DNA from: Heptranchias perlo
Taxonomy: Eukaryota
Length of the DNA: 64,000 nucleotides
Direction: 5' to 3'
Assembly (NCBI RefSeq): GCF_035084215.1
Contig: NC_090366.1
Location: forward strand, 10,106,001-10,170,000
The translations under genes were made by a program, and so were the position numbers. Positions 1 to 13,090 of this stretch are shown here, one piece after another. Each line of letters starts with the position of its first letter. Positions within the stretch are counted from its first letter, which is position 1. Under the pieces are notes generated by a model. It saw nothing but the letters and a program-made list of their open reading frames with translations. It searched no databases and was not told the DNA's origin.

Positions 1-330
1 CAGCCCCCGCAATCCTCCGAGATCTCCGCGCTCCTCCGATTCTGGCCTCTTGCGCATCCCTCGATTTCCATCGCTCCACCATTGGCGGCCGTGCCTTCAG
101 CCGCCTGGGCCCTAAGCTCTGGAATTCCCTCCCTAAACCTCTCCGCCTCTCTCTCCTCCTTTAAGACGCTCCTTAAAACCTACCTCTTTGACCAAGCTTT
201 TGGTCACCTGTCCTAATATCTCCTTATGTGGCTCGGTGTCAAATTTTGTCTGATAATCGCTCCTGTGAAGCGCCTTGGGATGTTTTACGATGTTAAAGGC
301 GCTATATAAATGCAAGTTTTTGTTATTGTT
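1..330 (+). mobile_element. L2-type LINE 3' end. Others: ~7680-7900 -, 20425-20680 +, 27000-27480 -, 39330-39600 +, 58540-58945 -, 60510-60937 +
   Basis: Encodes TIGGRAFS.LGPKLWNSLP...SFKTLLKTYLF and ends in aaggcgctatataaatgcaag plus a (ttg)n-like tail. Confidence 0.8.
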
Positions 331-560
331 ATGGAATTTTGTTCAGTAAAACCTGCAAGAATTTCCCTCTCGCTGGTAAATAAATTGGGTAGAATTCCCC
401 CTTTACAATTCAGAATTTCTGACAATAATTTTAACCTGTGTTGCAGGAAGGAGTCAGTTTGCAGAAGAAATGCCCCTAATGCTTGCTTTGTTTGCGAGGG
501 TATGCCACGGATCAAATATTACCCTCTAATTATGCACCAGAGACCATGTGGGAAGCCTAC

Positions 561-622
561 CTCCCTTTACTATCTCCTCTGAATGGCAATAAATATCGCA
601 CCAGCAGACCAGTACATTCAGG
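561..622 (-). CDS. Candidate 62-nt internal exon of the same minus-strand gene
   Basis: Acceptor ctccttattttag| and donor GGAG|gtaggc. It is open in the phase that joins the 14817 exon, giving MAGLNVLVCWCDIYCHSEEIVKG. Confidence 0.25.
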
Positions 623-1134
623 CTAAAATAAGGAGTCGGATTTATTTACAAGTAAACTAATTACACAAAAACAGACATATAACCATTGAGTGATACAGCA
701 CAGAAGGAGGCCATTCCCTGTTTTTTTAGCCTCTGACCTGCACGCCTGCAGTCAGCGCATCGGAATGTTGCCTCCCCTCACAGTCAGCAGAAATTGAACG
801 AAGGATTTTAAGAGGAAAATCGCACACAACTTCCGAAATTTCCCGTTACCCGCTCCACCGTGCAAAGTGAAAAGGAACTGGGCGGACTCCTGAAAGGCCC
901 CTGTCCATTGGTGAGAAGCAAAGCAGTGTTTCGGGGAGACGAAGTGTAGGTTACCCTCCATAATCTGATACCGCCCACTGCGGGCAAAGCCTCAGCAGTC
1001 GGCCGGAGTCTCGGAGTATTCCGCTAATGATTTTTGTGTGACATATTACCGAGTATTTTGAAGCACATCGACCTGGATCTCACACCGATAGATTTTGAAA
1101 CTCTGCTAGAATGAAGCTCTTCTTTATCGAGGAA

Positions 1135-1655
1135 CATAGGAACAGGAGGAGGCCATTCAGCCCCTCGAGCCTGTTATATGGGAAAAGGAGGTCATTCAGC
1201 CCCTCGAGCCTGTTACATGGGAAAAGGAGGCCATTCAGCCCCTTGAGCCTGTTACATGGGAAAAGGAGGCCATTTAGCCCCTCGAGCCTCTTACATAGGA
1301 AAAGGAGGCCATTCAGCCCCTCGAGCCTCTTACATAGGAAAAGGAGGCCATTCAGCCCCTCGAGCCTGTTACGTAGGAACAGGAGGAGGCCATTTTGTCC
1401 CTCGAGCCTGTTACATAGGAAAAGGAGGCCATTCAGCCCCTCGAGCCTGTTACATAGGAAAAGGAAGCCATTCAGCCCCTCGAGCCTGTTACGTAGGAAC
1501 AGGAGGAGGCCATTTTGTCTCTCGAGCCTGTTACATAGGAAAAGGAGGCCATTCAGCCCCTTGAGCCTGTTAGGTAGGAACAGGAGGAGGCCATTTTGTC
1601 CCTCGAGCCTGTTACACAGGAACAGGAGGAGGCCATTCAGCCCTTCAAGCCAGTT
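1135..1655. repeat. 39/42-bp minisatellite derived from a CR1 3' terminus
   Basis: About 13 copies of cataggaaaaggaggccattcagcccctcgagcctgtta, continuous with the minus-strand CR1 to its right. Confidence 0.9.
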
Positions 1656-2100
1656 CTACCATTCAGTTAGATCACACCTCAATTCCATCTACCCGCCTTG
1701 GTTCCATAATCATTAATGCCCTTACCCAACAAAAAATCAATCGATCTCAGTCTTGAAATTTCCAATTGACCCCCGGCCTCAACAGCTTTTTGGGGGGAGA
1801 GAGTTCCAGATTCCCACTCCCCTTTGTGTGAAGAAGTGCTTCCCGACATCACCCCTGAACGGCCCGGCTCTAATTTTAAGGTTCTGCCCGCCCTTGTTCT
1901 GGACTCCCCCCACCAGAGGAAATAGTTTCTCTCTATCTACCCTATCGAATCCTTTAATCATCTAAAACACCTCAATTAGATCACCCCTTAATCTTCTACA
2001 CTTGAGGGAACACAAGCCCAGTCCATGTAACCTGTCCTCGTAATTTAACCCTTTCAGCCCCGGTATCAGTCTGGTGTATCTTCGCTGCACCCCCTCCAAC
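1615..2100 (-). mobile_element. CR1 3' fragment. Similar fragments: ~8975-9475 -, 23730-24250 -, 28870-29165 +, 34195-34460 +, 36240-36450 -, 37005-37367 +, 37900-38425 +, 43820-44380 -, 49525-49950 +, 50275-50700 -, 50800-51325 +, 56930-57380 +, 59320-59790 +
   Basis: KGFDRVDREKLFPL...FFTQRGV.IWNSLP-type peptides and the shared 3' UTR aggctcgaggggctgaatggcctcctcctg. Confidence 0.85.
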
Positions 2101-2934
2101 CAATGGCGGGAGTGTTGGGGGCAGGAGGTCATGTGGCGAAAACTCCAGGAATACCTCTGACCAGAGTTGGCAACTCCATATCAACGATGGTTCTTAAAGC
2201 AACATGTTTGGTTTTTGGATTGGGCGCGTGGCCTACTTGTCCCGGTAGTGGTGAGACCAGAGTGTTTCTGGCTGATCTGGTGGGGGCCAAGTGTCAGCAG
2301 GGTTATTCAACTGCGTGAGGCATCGCAGCTGAGCTGAAACCTGTTCCCCTCCCATATCCGTACATACACGTCCCGGCAGGGCTCACAGCATAGCTACCCA
2401 GGAGTGGGAATCCTGGCTGGTTCCACACCACTGCCCCCACCCACCCACCCCCTACCCAAACCCTCTCCAGCCACGTCACCACCGTTTGTCCAGGGGGGCT
2501 CAGCTTTGGCCAGGGATGTGACCCTTGCGACTGCCCCGAGGGAGGGGAAATTTATCCAGGGTCACAATTTATGATCCCCATCCTGTGATCCCCTCCCTCC
2601 CTGCCTGGAAATGCCAGTGTGTGGAAGTGGGGTGTGCCGTCATGGTCGAATAGTCGACCGACAATCGCCGTTAAAACTGGGCTCAGACAAGAAGGTGAGG
2701 CATTGGTGGCTGCAGGCACCAGTAGAATTGTTCTCTCTAGAGAGAGAGAGAAAGAGGGAAGGGGACGAGGGAGAGAAAGAAGAGAGTGAGAGGAGAGGGG
2801 TCTAGAGAGAGAGAGAGGGAAAAGGAGGACAGGAAGAGAAGAAGGGAGCAGGGAGAGAGAGAGATGAGGGAATCGGAAAGATAAGAGCAGATTGGGGAAA
2901 AGAGAGAGAAGAGGGGACCAGAAAAGGACAGTGG

Positions 2935-5900
2935 ATCGGGGGAGAGAAGAGGGGATTGGGGAGATGGAGAGAGGGAGGGGATCGGGGGAGATAGATAGAT
3001 AGAGAAGGGGATTGGGGAGATAGATAAAGAGAGGAGGGGATCGGGGAGATAGAGAGAGAGAGGAGGGGATCGGGGAAGATAGATAGAGGAGGGGATCGGG
3101 GGAGATAGAGAAAGAGAGGAGGGGATCGGCGGAGATAGAGAGAGAGGGGGGGGATCGGGGAAGATAGAGAGAGAGAGGGAGGGGATCGGGGGAGATAGAG
3201 AGAGAGAGGAGGGGATCGGGGGAGATAGAGAAAGAGAGGAGGGGATCGGCGGAGATAGAGAGAGAGGGGGGGGATCGGGGAAGATAGATAGAGGAGGGGA
3301 TCGTGGAGATAGAGAGAAAGAGGAGGGGATCTGGGGAGATAGAGAGAGAGAGGAGGGGATCGGGGGAGATAGAGAGAGAGAGGAGGGGATCGGGGGAGAT
3401 AGAGAGAGAGAGGAGGGGATCGGGAGAGATAGAGAGAGAGAGGAGGGGATCGGGGGAGATAGAGAGAGAGAGGAGGGGATCGGGGAGACAGAGAGAGAGA
3501 GGAGGGGATCGGGGGAGATAGAGAGAGAGAGGAGGGGATCGGGGGAGATAGAGAGAGAGAGGGAGGGGATCGTGGAGATAGAGAGAGAGAGGAGGGGATC
3601 GGGGGAGATAGAGAGAGAGGAGGGGATCGGGGAGATAGAGAGAGAGAGGAGGGGATCGGGGGAGATAGAGAGAGAGAGGAGGGGATCGGGGGAGATAGAG
3701 AGAGAGAGGAGGGGATCGGGGGAGATAGAGAGAGAGAGGAGGGGATCGGGAGAGATAGAGAGAGAGAGGAGGGGATCGGGGGAGATAGAGAGAGAGAGGA
3801 GGGGATCGGGGAGACAGAGAGAGAGAGGAGGGGATCGGGGGAGATAGAGAGAGAGAGGAGGGGATCGGGGGAGATAGAGAGAGAGAGGGAGGGGATCGTG
3901 GAGATAGAGAGAGAGAGGAGGGGATCGGGGGAGATAGAGAGAGAGGAGGGGATCGGGGAGATAGAGAGAGAGAGGAGGGGATCGGGGGAGATAGAGAGAG
4001 AGAGGAGGGGATCGGGGGAGATAGAGAGAGAGAGGAGGGGATCGGGGGAGATAGAGAGAGAGAGGAGGGGATCGGGGGAGATAGAGAGAGAGAGGAGGGG
4101 ATCGGGGGAGATAGAGAGAGGAGGGGATCGGGGGTATAGAGAGAGAGAGGAGGGGAAGGGGGAGATAGATAGAGAGGAGGGGATCGGGGGAGATAGAGAG
4201 AGGAGGGGATCGGGGGTATAGAGAGAGAGAGGAGGGGAAGGGGGAGATAGATAGAGAGGAGGGGATCGGGGGAGATAGGGAGAGAGAGGAGGGGATCGGG
4301 GGAGATAGAGAGAGAGAGGAGGGGATCGGGGGAGATAGAGAGAGGAGGGGATCGGGGGTATAGAGAGAGAGAGGAGGGGAAGGGGGAGATAGATAGAGAG
4401 GAGGGGATCGGGGGAGATAGGGAGAGAGAGGAGGGGATCGGGGAGATAGAGAGAGAGGAGGGGATCGGGGGAGATAGGGAGAGAGAGGAGGGGATCGGAG
4501 GAGATAGAGAGAGGAGGGGATCGGGGAGATAGAGAGAGAGAGGAGGGGATCAGGGAGATAGAGAGAGAGGAGGGGATCGGGGAGATAGAGAGAGAGGAGG
4601 GGATCGGGGGAGATAGGGAGAGAGAGGAGGGGATCGGGGGAGATAGAGAGAGAGAGGAGGGGATGGGGGGGATAGAGAGAGAGAGGAGGGGATCAGGGAG
4701 ATAGAGAGAGAGAGGAGGGGATCGGGGAGATAGAGAGAGAGAGGAGGGGATCGGGGGAGATAGAGAGAGAGAGGAGGGGATCGGGGGAGATAGAGAGAGA
4801 GAGGAGGGGATCGGAGGAGATAGAGAGAGAGAGGAGGGGATGGGGGGGATAGAGAGAGAGAGGAGGGGATCAGGGAGATAGAGAGAGAGAGGAGGGGATC
4901 GGGGAGATAGAGAGAGAGAGGAGGGGATCGGGGGAGATAGAGAGAGAGAGGGAGGGGATCGGGGAGATAGAGAGAGAGAGGAGGGGATCGGGGAGACAGA
5001 GAGAGAGGAGGGGATCGAGGGAGATAGAGAGAGAGAGGAGGGGATGGGGGAGATAGAGAGAGAGAGGAGGGGATCGGGGAGATAGAGAGAGGGGGGGATC
5101 AGGGAGATAGAGAGAGAGAGGAGGGGAAGGGGGAGATAGAGAGAGAGAGGAGGGGATCGGGGGAGATAGAGAGAGAGAGGAGGGGATGGGGGAGATAGAG
5201 AGAGAGAGGAGGGGATCGGGGAGATAGAGAGAGGGGGGGATCAGGGAGATAGAGAGAGAGAGGAGGGGAAGGGGGAGATAGAGAGAGAGAGGAGGGGATC
5301 GGGGGAGATAGAGAGAGAGAGGAGGGGATGGGGGAGATAGAGAGAGAGAGGAGGGGATCGGGGAGATAGAGAGAGAGAGGAGGGGATCGGGGGAGATAGA
5401 GAGAGAGAGGAGGGGATCGGGGAGACAGAGAGAGAGGAGGGGATCGAGGGAGATAGAGAGAGAGAGGAGGGGATCGGGGAGATAGAGAGAGAGAGGAGGG
5501 GATCGGGGAGATAGAGAGAGGGGGGGATCAGGGAGATAGAGAGAGAGAGGAGGGGAAGGGGGAGATAGAGAGAGAGAGGAGGGGATCGGGGGAGATAGAG
5601 AGAGAGAGGAGGGGATGGGGGAGATAGAGAGAGAGAGGAGGGGATCGGGGAGATAGAGAGAGGGGGGGATCAGGGAGATAGAGAGAGAGAGGAGGGGAAG
5701 GGGGAGATAGAGAGAGAGAGGAGGGGATCGGGGGAGATAGAGAGAGAGAGGAGGGGATGGGGGGGATAGAGAGAGAGAGGAGGGGAAGGGGGAGATAGAG
5801 AGAGAAAGGGGGGGATCGGGGAGATAGAGAGAGAGGAGGGGATCGGGGGAGATGGAGAGAGAGGAGGGGATCGGGGAGATAGAGAGAGAGAGAGAGGAGG

Positions 5901-7105
5901 GGATTGGGGGAGATGGAGAGAGAGGAGGGGATCGGGGAGATAGAGAGAGAGAGAGTGAGGATCGGGGGAGATAGAGAGAGAGAGGAGGGGATCGGGGGAG
6001 ATAGAGAGAGAAAGGGGGGGATCGGGGAGATAGAGAGAGAGGAGGGGATCGGGGGAGATGGAGAGAGAGGAGGGGATCGGGGAGATAGAGAGAGAGAGAG
6101 GAGGGGATTGGGGGAGATGGAGAGAGAGGAGGGGATCGGGGAGATAGAGAGAGAGAGAGTGAGGATCGGGGGAGATAGAGAGAGAGAGGAGGGGATCGGG
6201 GGAGATGGAGAGAGAGAGGAGGGGATCGGGGGAGATGGAGAGAGGAGGGGATCGGGGGAGATGGAGAGAGAGAGGGAGGGGATCGGGGGAGATGGAGAGA
6301 GAGAGGAGGGGATCGGGGGAGATGGAGAGAGAGAGGAGGGGATCGGGGGAGATGGAGAGAGAGAGGAGGGGATCGGGGGAGATGGAGAGAGGAGGGGATC
6401 GGGGGAGATGGAGAGAGAGAGGGAGGGGATCGGGGGAGATGGAGAGAGGAGGGGATCGGGGGAGATGGAGAGAGAGAGGGAGGGGATCGGGGGCGATTGA
6501 GAGAGAGAGGAGGGGATCGGGGGAGAGTGGAGGGGATCGGGGAGATAGAGAGAGAGAGGGGGGGATCGGGGGAGATGGAGAGAGAGAGGGGGGGATCGGG
6601 GGAGATGGAGAGAGAGGAGGGGATCGGGGGAGATAGAGAGAGAGAGGGGGGATCGGGGGAGATGGAGAGAGAGGAGGGGATCGGGGGAGATAGAGAGAGA
6701 GAGGAGGGGATCGGGGGAGAGAGGAGGGGATCGGGGGAGATAGAGAGTGAGAGGAGGGGATCGGGGGAGATAGAGAGAGAGAGGAGGGGATCGGGGGAGA
6801 TAGAGAGAGAGAGGGGGGATCGGGGGAGATGGAGAGAGAGAGGAGGGGATCGGGGGAGAGAGGAGGGGATCGGGGGAGATAGAGAGAGAGAGGAGGGGAT
6901 CGGGGGAGAGAGGAGGGGATCGGGGGAGATAGAGAGAGAGAGGAGGGGATCGGGGGAGAGAGGAGGGGATCGGGGGAGATAGAGAGAGAGAGGAGGGGAT
7001 CGGGGGAGATAGAGAGAGAGAGGGGGGATCGGGGGAGATAGAGAGAGAGAGGGGGGATCGGGGGAGATAGAGAGAGAGAGGGGGTATCGGGGGAGATAGA
7101 GAGAA
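2935..7105. repeat. 4.2-kb purine-rich minisatellite, unit about 30 bp
   Basis: (gagagagaggaggggatcgggggagata)n with variable (GA)n length. Confidence 0.95.
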
Positions 7106-8336
7106 TTTGGAAGGTAAAGATGTGTCTGAGAATATGTTCACTTTTTCCTTAAGAGAATAGAAACTGAAATTCCAGAGAGCCCTTTCCTCACTTTCGCGAA
7201 GCAGCAGCTGCAAACATTCACACACACGCATGTAGACATGCACTGGCACACGCGTGCACACTCATGCGCGCACACACAGACACATGCTTTTCCCTCCCTG
7301 ACCCAGACGACCGAGGGAACTATTGCAAAAACCTGACTGCTATCGAGGCCTCGATCAGCCAACAGAGCACAGTCCACATCTGAGCACCTCAGGCGGGCAC
7401 TTACCCATTGAGTCATGGGGACATTCAGTCAACCTCCTTCTCTCTTTACCCAGTGATGTAATTATTGCAAACCAGACTCACGATAAATGTCCCCGGTTAA
7501 AACAAGTGGAATTTTCGGTGCATTTAACAGCATTAATCTGTGTGCGTGGACTTGCACAGGAGGACAGGGCTGGTCCAGACAAGATTGGCGATCCTGAGAC
7601 CAGTTCTGTTGGTCGCGCAGATGTTAATGGAAGGAAATCACGGCCCTGAACGTTACCTGGGGTTTCGATACCGTAAATAACTACAACTTGCATTATATAG
7701 CGCCTTTAACGTCCTGAGGCGCTTCACAGGAACGTAAATGAGACAAAATTTGACACCGAGCCACATAAGGAGATATTAGGACAGGTGACCAAAAGCTTGG
7801 TCAAAGAGGGAGGTTTTAAGGAGCGTCTTAAAGGAGGAGAGAGAGAGACAGAATTCGAGAATTCCAGAGCAGCTGAAGGCCCGGCCGCCAATGGTTTAAA
7901 ACAGGGAATGAATGGGAGGAGATCCCTTATCACGTGCCCTTCTTTGCCCTGGGGCTTCCAGGGCTTCCCCCGAGAGAGTCTGGAGCGCGGTTGCCGCAGG
8001 TATTGGAATGTTAATGTATATGAAGGGAAGAGACCTAAGCTGACTCAGGCACTGTGTTACTTTCCAGCATTTTCTGTTTTTGTGTTGAAGCCAGTAAGGA
8101 GTTTGATAGATTAGTGGAGAGGTTTTTGAGAGTGTCGTACTGAGGGAACGCTGTATTGTCGGAGCTGCCCGACATTAAACCGAGGCCCCGTCTGGCCCTC
8201 TCAGGTTGGACGTTAAAGATCCCGCGGCCACTATTTCGAAGAAGAGCAAAGGGCGTTCTCCCTGGTGTCCTGGGGCCGATATTTATTCCTCAAACCAACA
8301 AATAAAAACAGATGATCTGGACATTCTCACGGGTGG

Positions 8337-8458
8337 CTGACGGAGGAGAAAGCCTCCGAAAGCTTGTGATTTTCAAATGAAACTGTTGGACTATAACCTG
8401 GTGTTGTGAGATTCCTTACATTTGTCCACCCCAGTCCATCACCGGCATCTCCACATCA
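8337..8458 (+). mobile_element. Diverged single-arm PLE 3' end
   Basis: gcctccgaaagcttgtg...ggactataacctggtgttgt...ccccagtccatcaccggcatctccacatca matches the other PLE ends. The hammerhead core is mutated (ctgacgg). Confidence 0.7.
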
Positions 8459-10454
8459 CACCGAAACAATGCTGTGAGCTGAGGGCCCGTCACAGTGAGG
8501 AATACCCGCATTGTCCTGATGCAGTGCAGATAGCAGGGGAGGGCACCTCACAGCTCTGCACAACTAAGGAGTTTTGAATCACCGAGGTGCCCAGATGAAG
8601 AGGTGTGAGTGTCAAGCAATCCAACAGACCGATCGCTGAAAGCACAGATGAGGCCCAGGTGGGGGGTTTGCACGACTGGAGCGCTATAAGAAGGTGCAAC
8701 AGCAACACAAGGAGGCTGCGGTCAGGTGAAGGCGGACGAAGGCCAGTCACCTCCAAATCCAGGCCTACAATCAACGTTGGTAACGGCTGGCCTCGTGGGT
8801 GATTGCAAGTTTCAATCAAATCACAGAAGGGTTTGTACTGGGGTTCTGTTGGTCTAATAAACTAATAAGTTTGGGTTGAACTATAGCCTATTTGTCGAGT
8901 GCAATTTTGTTCTTGTGATTCTGAGGTCCAAGAACTGGTGTAAGGCAGAAAGGAACATTACATCTTACAACTTCCTGACATCACCCCTGAACGGCCTGGC
9001 TCTAATTTTAAGGTTCTGCCCCCTTGTTCTGGACTCCCCCCCACCAGAGGAAGTAGTTTCTCTCTATCTACCCTATCGAATCCTTTAATCATCTTAAAAC
9101 ACCTCGATTAGATCACGTAGAAAATAGGAGCAGGAGTAGGCCATTCGGCCCTTCGAGCCTGCTCTGCCATTCAACATGATCATGGCTCATCCTCTATCTC
9201 AATACCGCATTCCTGCTCTCTCCCCATGCCCCTTGATGCCTTCTCTCTCCACATAGCCCTTAATCTTCTATACTGGAGGGGATACAAGCCTAGTCTGTGC
9301 AACCTGTCCTCGTAATTTAACCCTTTAAGCCCCCGGTATCATTCTGGTGAACCTGCGCTGCACGCCCTCCAAGGCCAATATATCCTTCCTGAGGCGCGGT
9401 GCCCAGAACTGAATGCAGTATCTCCAGACGGGGTCTCCAGACCAGAGCTCTGTCCAGCTGTAATATAACTTCCACGTCTAGGCTGTCTCTGAGGTTGCTT
9501 TTGCACGCGTTCAGTCAGGTTTTATGGATTTGAATGAGTGGGTGGCGAAACGGTTATTAAGATATTAAATATAATTTCACATAAGAGGAATGCAAATAGA
9601 CTGCGAAGAGGTTTTGACAGTAAGAGAATTAGAGGGAATGAAAGGACGGGTTGGGCTTGTTATGATCTGGGAGTGGCGTTAAGCATTGCGGTTGAATACG
9701 TAACACAAGGGGACTGTTATTAGGGGTTATCTCCAAATTGCTAGTTCTTCCTCAAGCGTATAATTTTTGTTCTGGTTTCCTTGTAATTTCCTTGAGGGTG
9801 GGGTTAAAAGACTGACTTACATTTTGGTACCTCCCCTTTCACAAGCTCAGGACGTCCCAATGCGCTTTACAGAAAATGACATACTTTTGAAGTGCGGTCA
9901 CTGTTGTAACATAGGAAAGGCGGCAGCCAACTTGCGCACAGCAAGATCCCACAAACAGCAAGGTGGATAATCTATTTTTGTAGTGATGTTGGTTGAGGGA
10001 TAAATATTGGGCCCAGGGCAGAAATCCCCCCCTGCTCTTCTTTGAAATAGTGGCCGTGGGATCTTTTACGTCCACCTGAAAGAGCCTTGGTTTAACATCT
10101 CTTCTGAAAGGTGGCACCTCCGACAGTGCAGCACCCCCTCAGTACTGGCATGGGGAGCGTCCGCCTGGATTATGGTGCTCAAGTCTCTGGAGTGAGACTC
10201 GAACCCACGACCTTCTGACTCAGAGGCCAGAGTGAGGCCCACTGAGCACGGCTGACGCTGGGTTTGATCAGAAAGGTCGTTCCGCCTGCAGAATTTCCTG
10301 ACGTGCACCTTGGGGGCTACTTCCAAGTCGCACGTTAGTCTCCCAGTGAAGTAAACTGTAGTGATTCCCGGGGGTGACTTACAGGCTGAGCTCGAATGGT
10401 GGGGACCCATTGATTCTGAGGTAGCATTATACATGGGTCACAGTCAGGATAGAA

Positions 10455-11762
10455 GAGTCTTTCCAGGGATACAATCACCTATGTGCAGGACAGGGGGGGG
10501 TGAACACCTACCTTATCAGCCTGGACCAGGAGAAGGCCTTTGACGGAATGTCCCACACGTACACGATGGACGTGCTCTCCAAAATGGGTTTTGGGGTGGG
10601 AATCCGCGATTGGATCCGACTGCTCTCCGGGGACATCCGTAGCACAGTCCGAATCAACGGGTGGGAGTCGGAGAGCTTTCCCATCAGAACTGGAGTCAGG
10701 CAGGGCTGTCCTCTCTCTGCGGTCTTGTCCGTTTGTTGTATCGAGCCGTTTGCCGCGTCCGTCAGAAAGGACGCAGGTATCAGGGGGGTGACGACCCCAG
10801 GCAGCGGAGGCTCTCAGGTTAAGGCCTCCCTGTCCATGAACGATGTCACCGCCTTCTGCTCCAATCAGCAGTCGGTCCACACACCGATGGGCATCTGCGG
10901 CCGTTTCGAGCTTGCCTCGGCGGCCAGAGTGAACAGATGTAAGTGCGAGGCCATGTTCTTTGGCAGGTGGGAGGCCTGGTCCCTTGTCCCCTTCACCGTC
11001 AGGTCCAACGTAGAACGCGTCCGCAGGGTCAACATGTACAAGGCCCCAGACAAAGGGGGGAAGAGGGTCCCCAACACCGCTCTGATCCTGATGGCCACCT
11101 TTGTGTGCGGCTGCCTCAGGATGTGTACGGAACCCCAGTACGCAAACACCAAGTGTCACTACGTGCTGAGTTTCTACCTGTCCACCACACTGAGAAGGTG
11201 CCCTCGAGGCTACGGCGGGGAGGAGGCCGTCGTCCACCTCCTGATGGACTGCCCCTTCGCGCAGAGGGTGCGGAGAGAGGTGCGTTGGTATCTGTCCAGG
11301 TTCAACCCCAACAGTTCGGTAACACAGGACGCCGTGCTCCACGGGCTGTTCCCCGGGGGCGCAAACCGAGACAGATATCACCTGCGTCTGGAAGACCATC
11401 GACTCGGTGAAGGAGGCCCTTTGGCCCGTCCGAAACCTGCTGGTCTTCCAGCTGAAGGAGCTGTCCACAGACCGAGCGTTGCCGACTGGCAGACTCCAAG
11501 GTCCAGGAGTACGTGCTGTGGGACGCACTGAGGCCAGGTGCGGCCTACACAAAGGCTGTATGGGGAAAGGCCCCCCCGCCTTGTATTGTACACCATGAAT
11601 CATCATAAGAAATACTGTGTTTGAATTGTAATAATGAGATTGCTTTGTGTACAATCTGTAGTGTTTTGGTTTGAATTGTACTGGTTTGGAATTGTGATAT
11701 TTACATTGGGCTGTGTGTAACTTTAAATTCTATGAAGTAAAATATATCTTGAAATTAAAATA
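10455..11762 (+). mobile_element. Tx1/L1-clade non-LTR retrotransposon remnant, internally deleted
   Basis: ORF 10500-11531 has RT motifs SLDQEKAFD and GVRQGCPLS, a decayed catalytic motif (SMNDV) and a degenerate C-terminal zinc knuckle (CPRGYGGEEAVVHLLMDC), followed by an AT-rich 3' UTR. Confidence 0.85.
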
Positions 11763-13090
11763 GTTTTTATTCTGCCCTTCTTTTGACTGTGGAGGTATAT
11801 CCTTCACCCTTCCACTCCCTACTCCTCGCTCGCCCCTCTGATTCCCTCCCTCCCCATCCCTCCCTCGCCCTCTTCCATCCCTCCCTCGCCCTCTTCCACC
11901 CCTCCCTCCTCCTCTTCCGCCCCCTCTCTCTCCCCTCCGCCCCCTCGTTCTCTTCCTCCCTCCTTTTACCCCAATCTCCCCCTACCCCTTCCCTCCCCCT
12001 CTTCCACCCCATCACTCCCCTACCCTGCTCCCCAACCCCCCCCCCCCCTTTCCCTCCCCACGTCAGCCCTCTCCTACCCTGGCCCCTACCTCCCATCCCC
12101 TCCCCCTGCCTCCCCCTCTTCTGCCTACTCCTCTCCCCCTCTCCCTCTCCCTCCCCTCTCCCCGTAGTAACTTTACCTCCCATAGTAACCACACAAGGAC
12201 TGCAGTTATACTGCTGCCATCAAGCAAAGCGCACTGGTATAACCAGTGACAGTATAACTCCGAAGTCAGGGTCTGGCAGCAGGCCACCGAAGCCCCAGTG
12301 TCCGGCCCCCGCCAAATGGCAGAATCCAATCAACTGGAGCTCACGCCACCTCCAGTATAACTGCAGTCACGGTGTAAAGATCCCCACCTGGGGCTGCCTG
12401 GGACTTCCACAATTTTCTGGGGATCTTTTGATGTTCTGAGCAGCTACCAGTTCCCCCTGAGGCTCTCCTCACTTTAATACTTCTGAGAATATATCAAGGC
12501 AAAACACATGGAAAGCTGGCCGTAAAATCTCCTCTGTGTCACTCAGCCCCAGAGGGTCCGCAGTGTTAGATACAAGGCTCAGATCACCAACTGCGGTATA
12601 ACTGCAGTCTGACGGAGGTTGGCAACGCAGTGCTGATTATATTGCAGGCTCAGGCCCTTGTGTTGGGACTGCCCCGATCTCATTCTGCACAGGAGGCAGA
12701 GAGAGAGTGTGGAGAGAGAGAGAGAGAGAAGGAAAGAGGAGAGAGAAAGAAAATGAGAGAAAGAGGGGAGAAAAAAGAAAGAGAAGGGAAGGAGATAGGT
12801 TAAGAATACGGGAAAGAGACCAGGAGAAGAGGCATGTTGGAAGAGAAAGAAAGCTTTTTGCTTTTGTGGAAGAGAGCTGACCTGCTCCCTGTGCTTAACT
12901 GCAGCAAATCACCTCTCATGGTCCTCACTGGTAAATTCGGCCCTACGGAGAGGTTCGAGCTGATTTCCGGGTGGGCTGGGATCGAATCCAAGTCTCTCTG
13001 AGGTGAATGAACTAGATTACAGGATTTCACACAGTCGCTGTTGAGAGAGCTCGCAGGTCAATGATTCACACTGTCACAGTCCTTTAGCAG

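Noticed and set aside
1111-1716. 201-aa repetitive basic ORF (RRPFSPSSLLH)n
   Set aside because: It is the antisense of a tandemly amplified CR1 3' UTR and is open only because the units are multiples of 3.
5528-7261. 577-aa Pro/Ser/Leu ORF and overlapping Glu/Arg/Gly ORFs
   Set aside because: These are translations of the GA-rich minisatellite, with no splice signals or domain content.
8490-8819. 109-aa minus-strand ORF with a hydrophobic stretch in unique sequence
   Set aside because: No convincing splice sites, ATG start or domain similarity that I can recognise.
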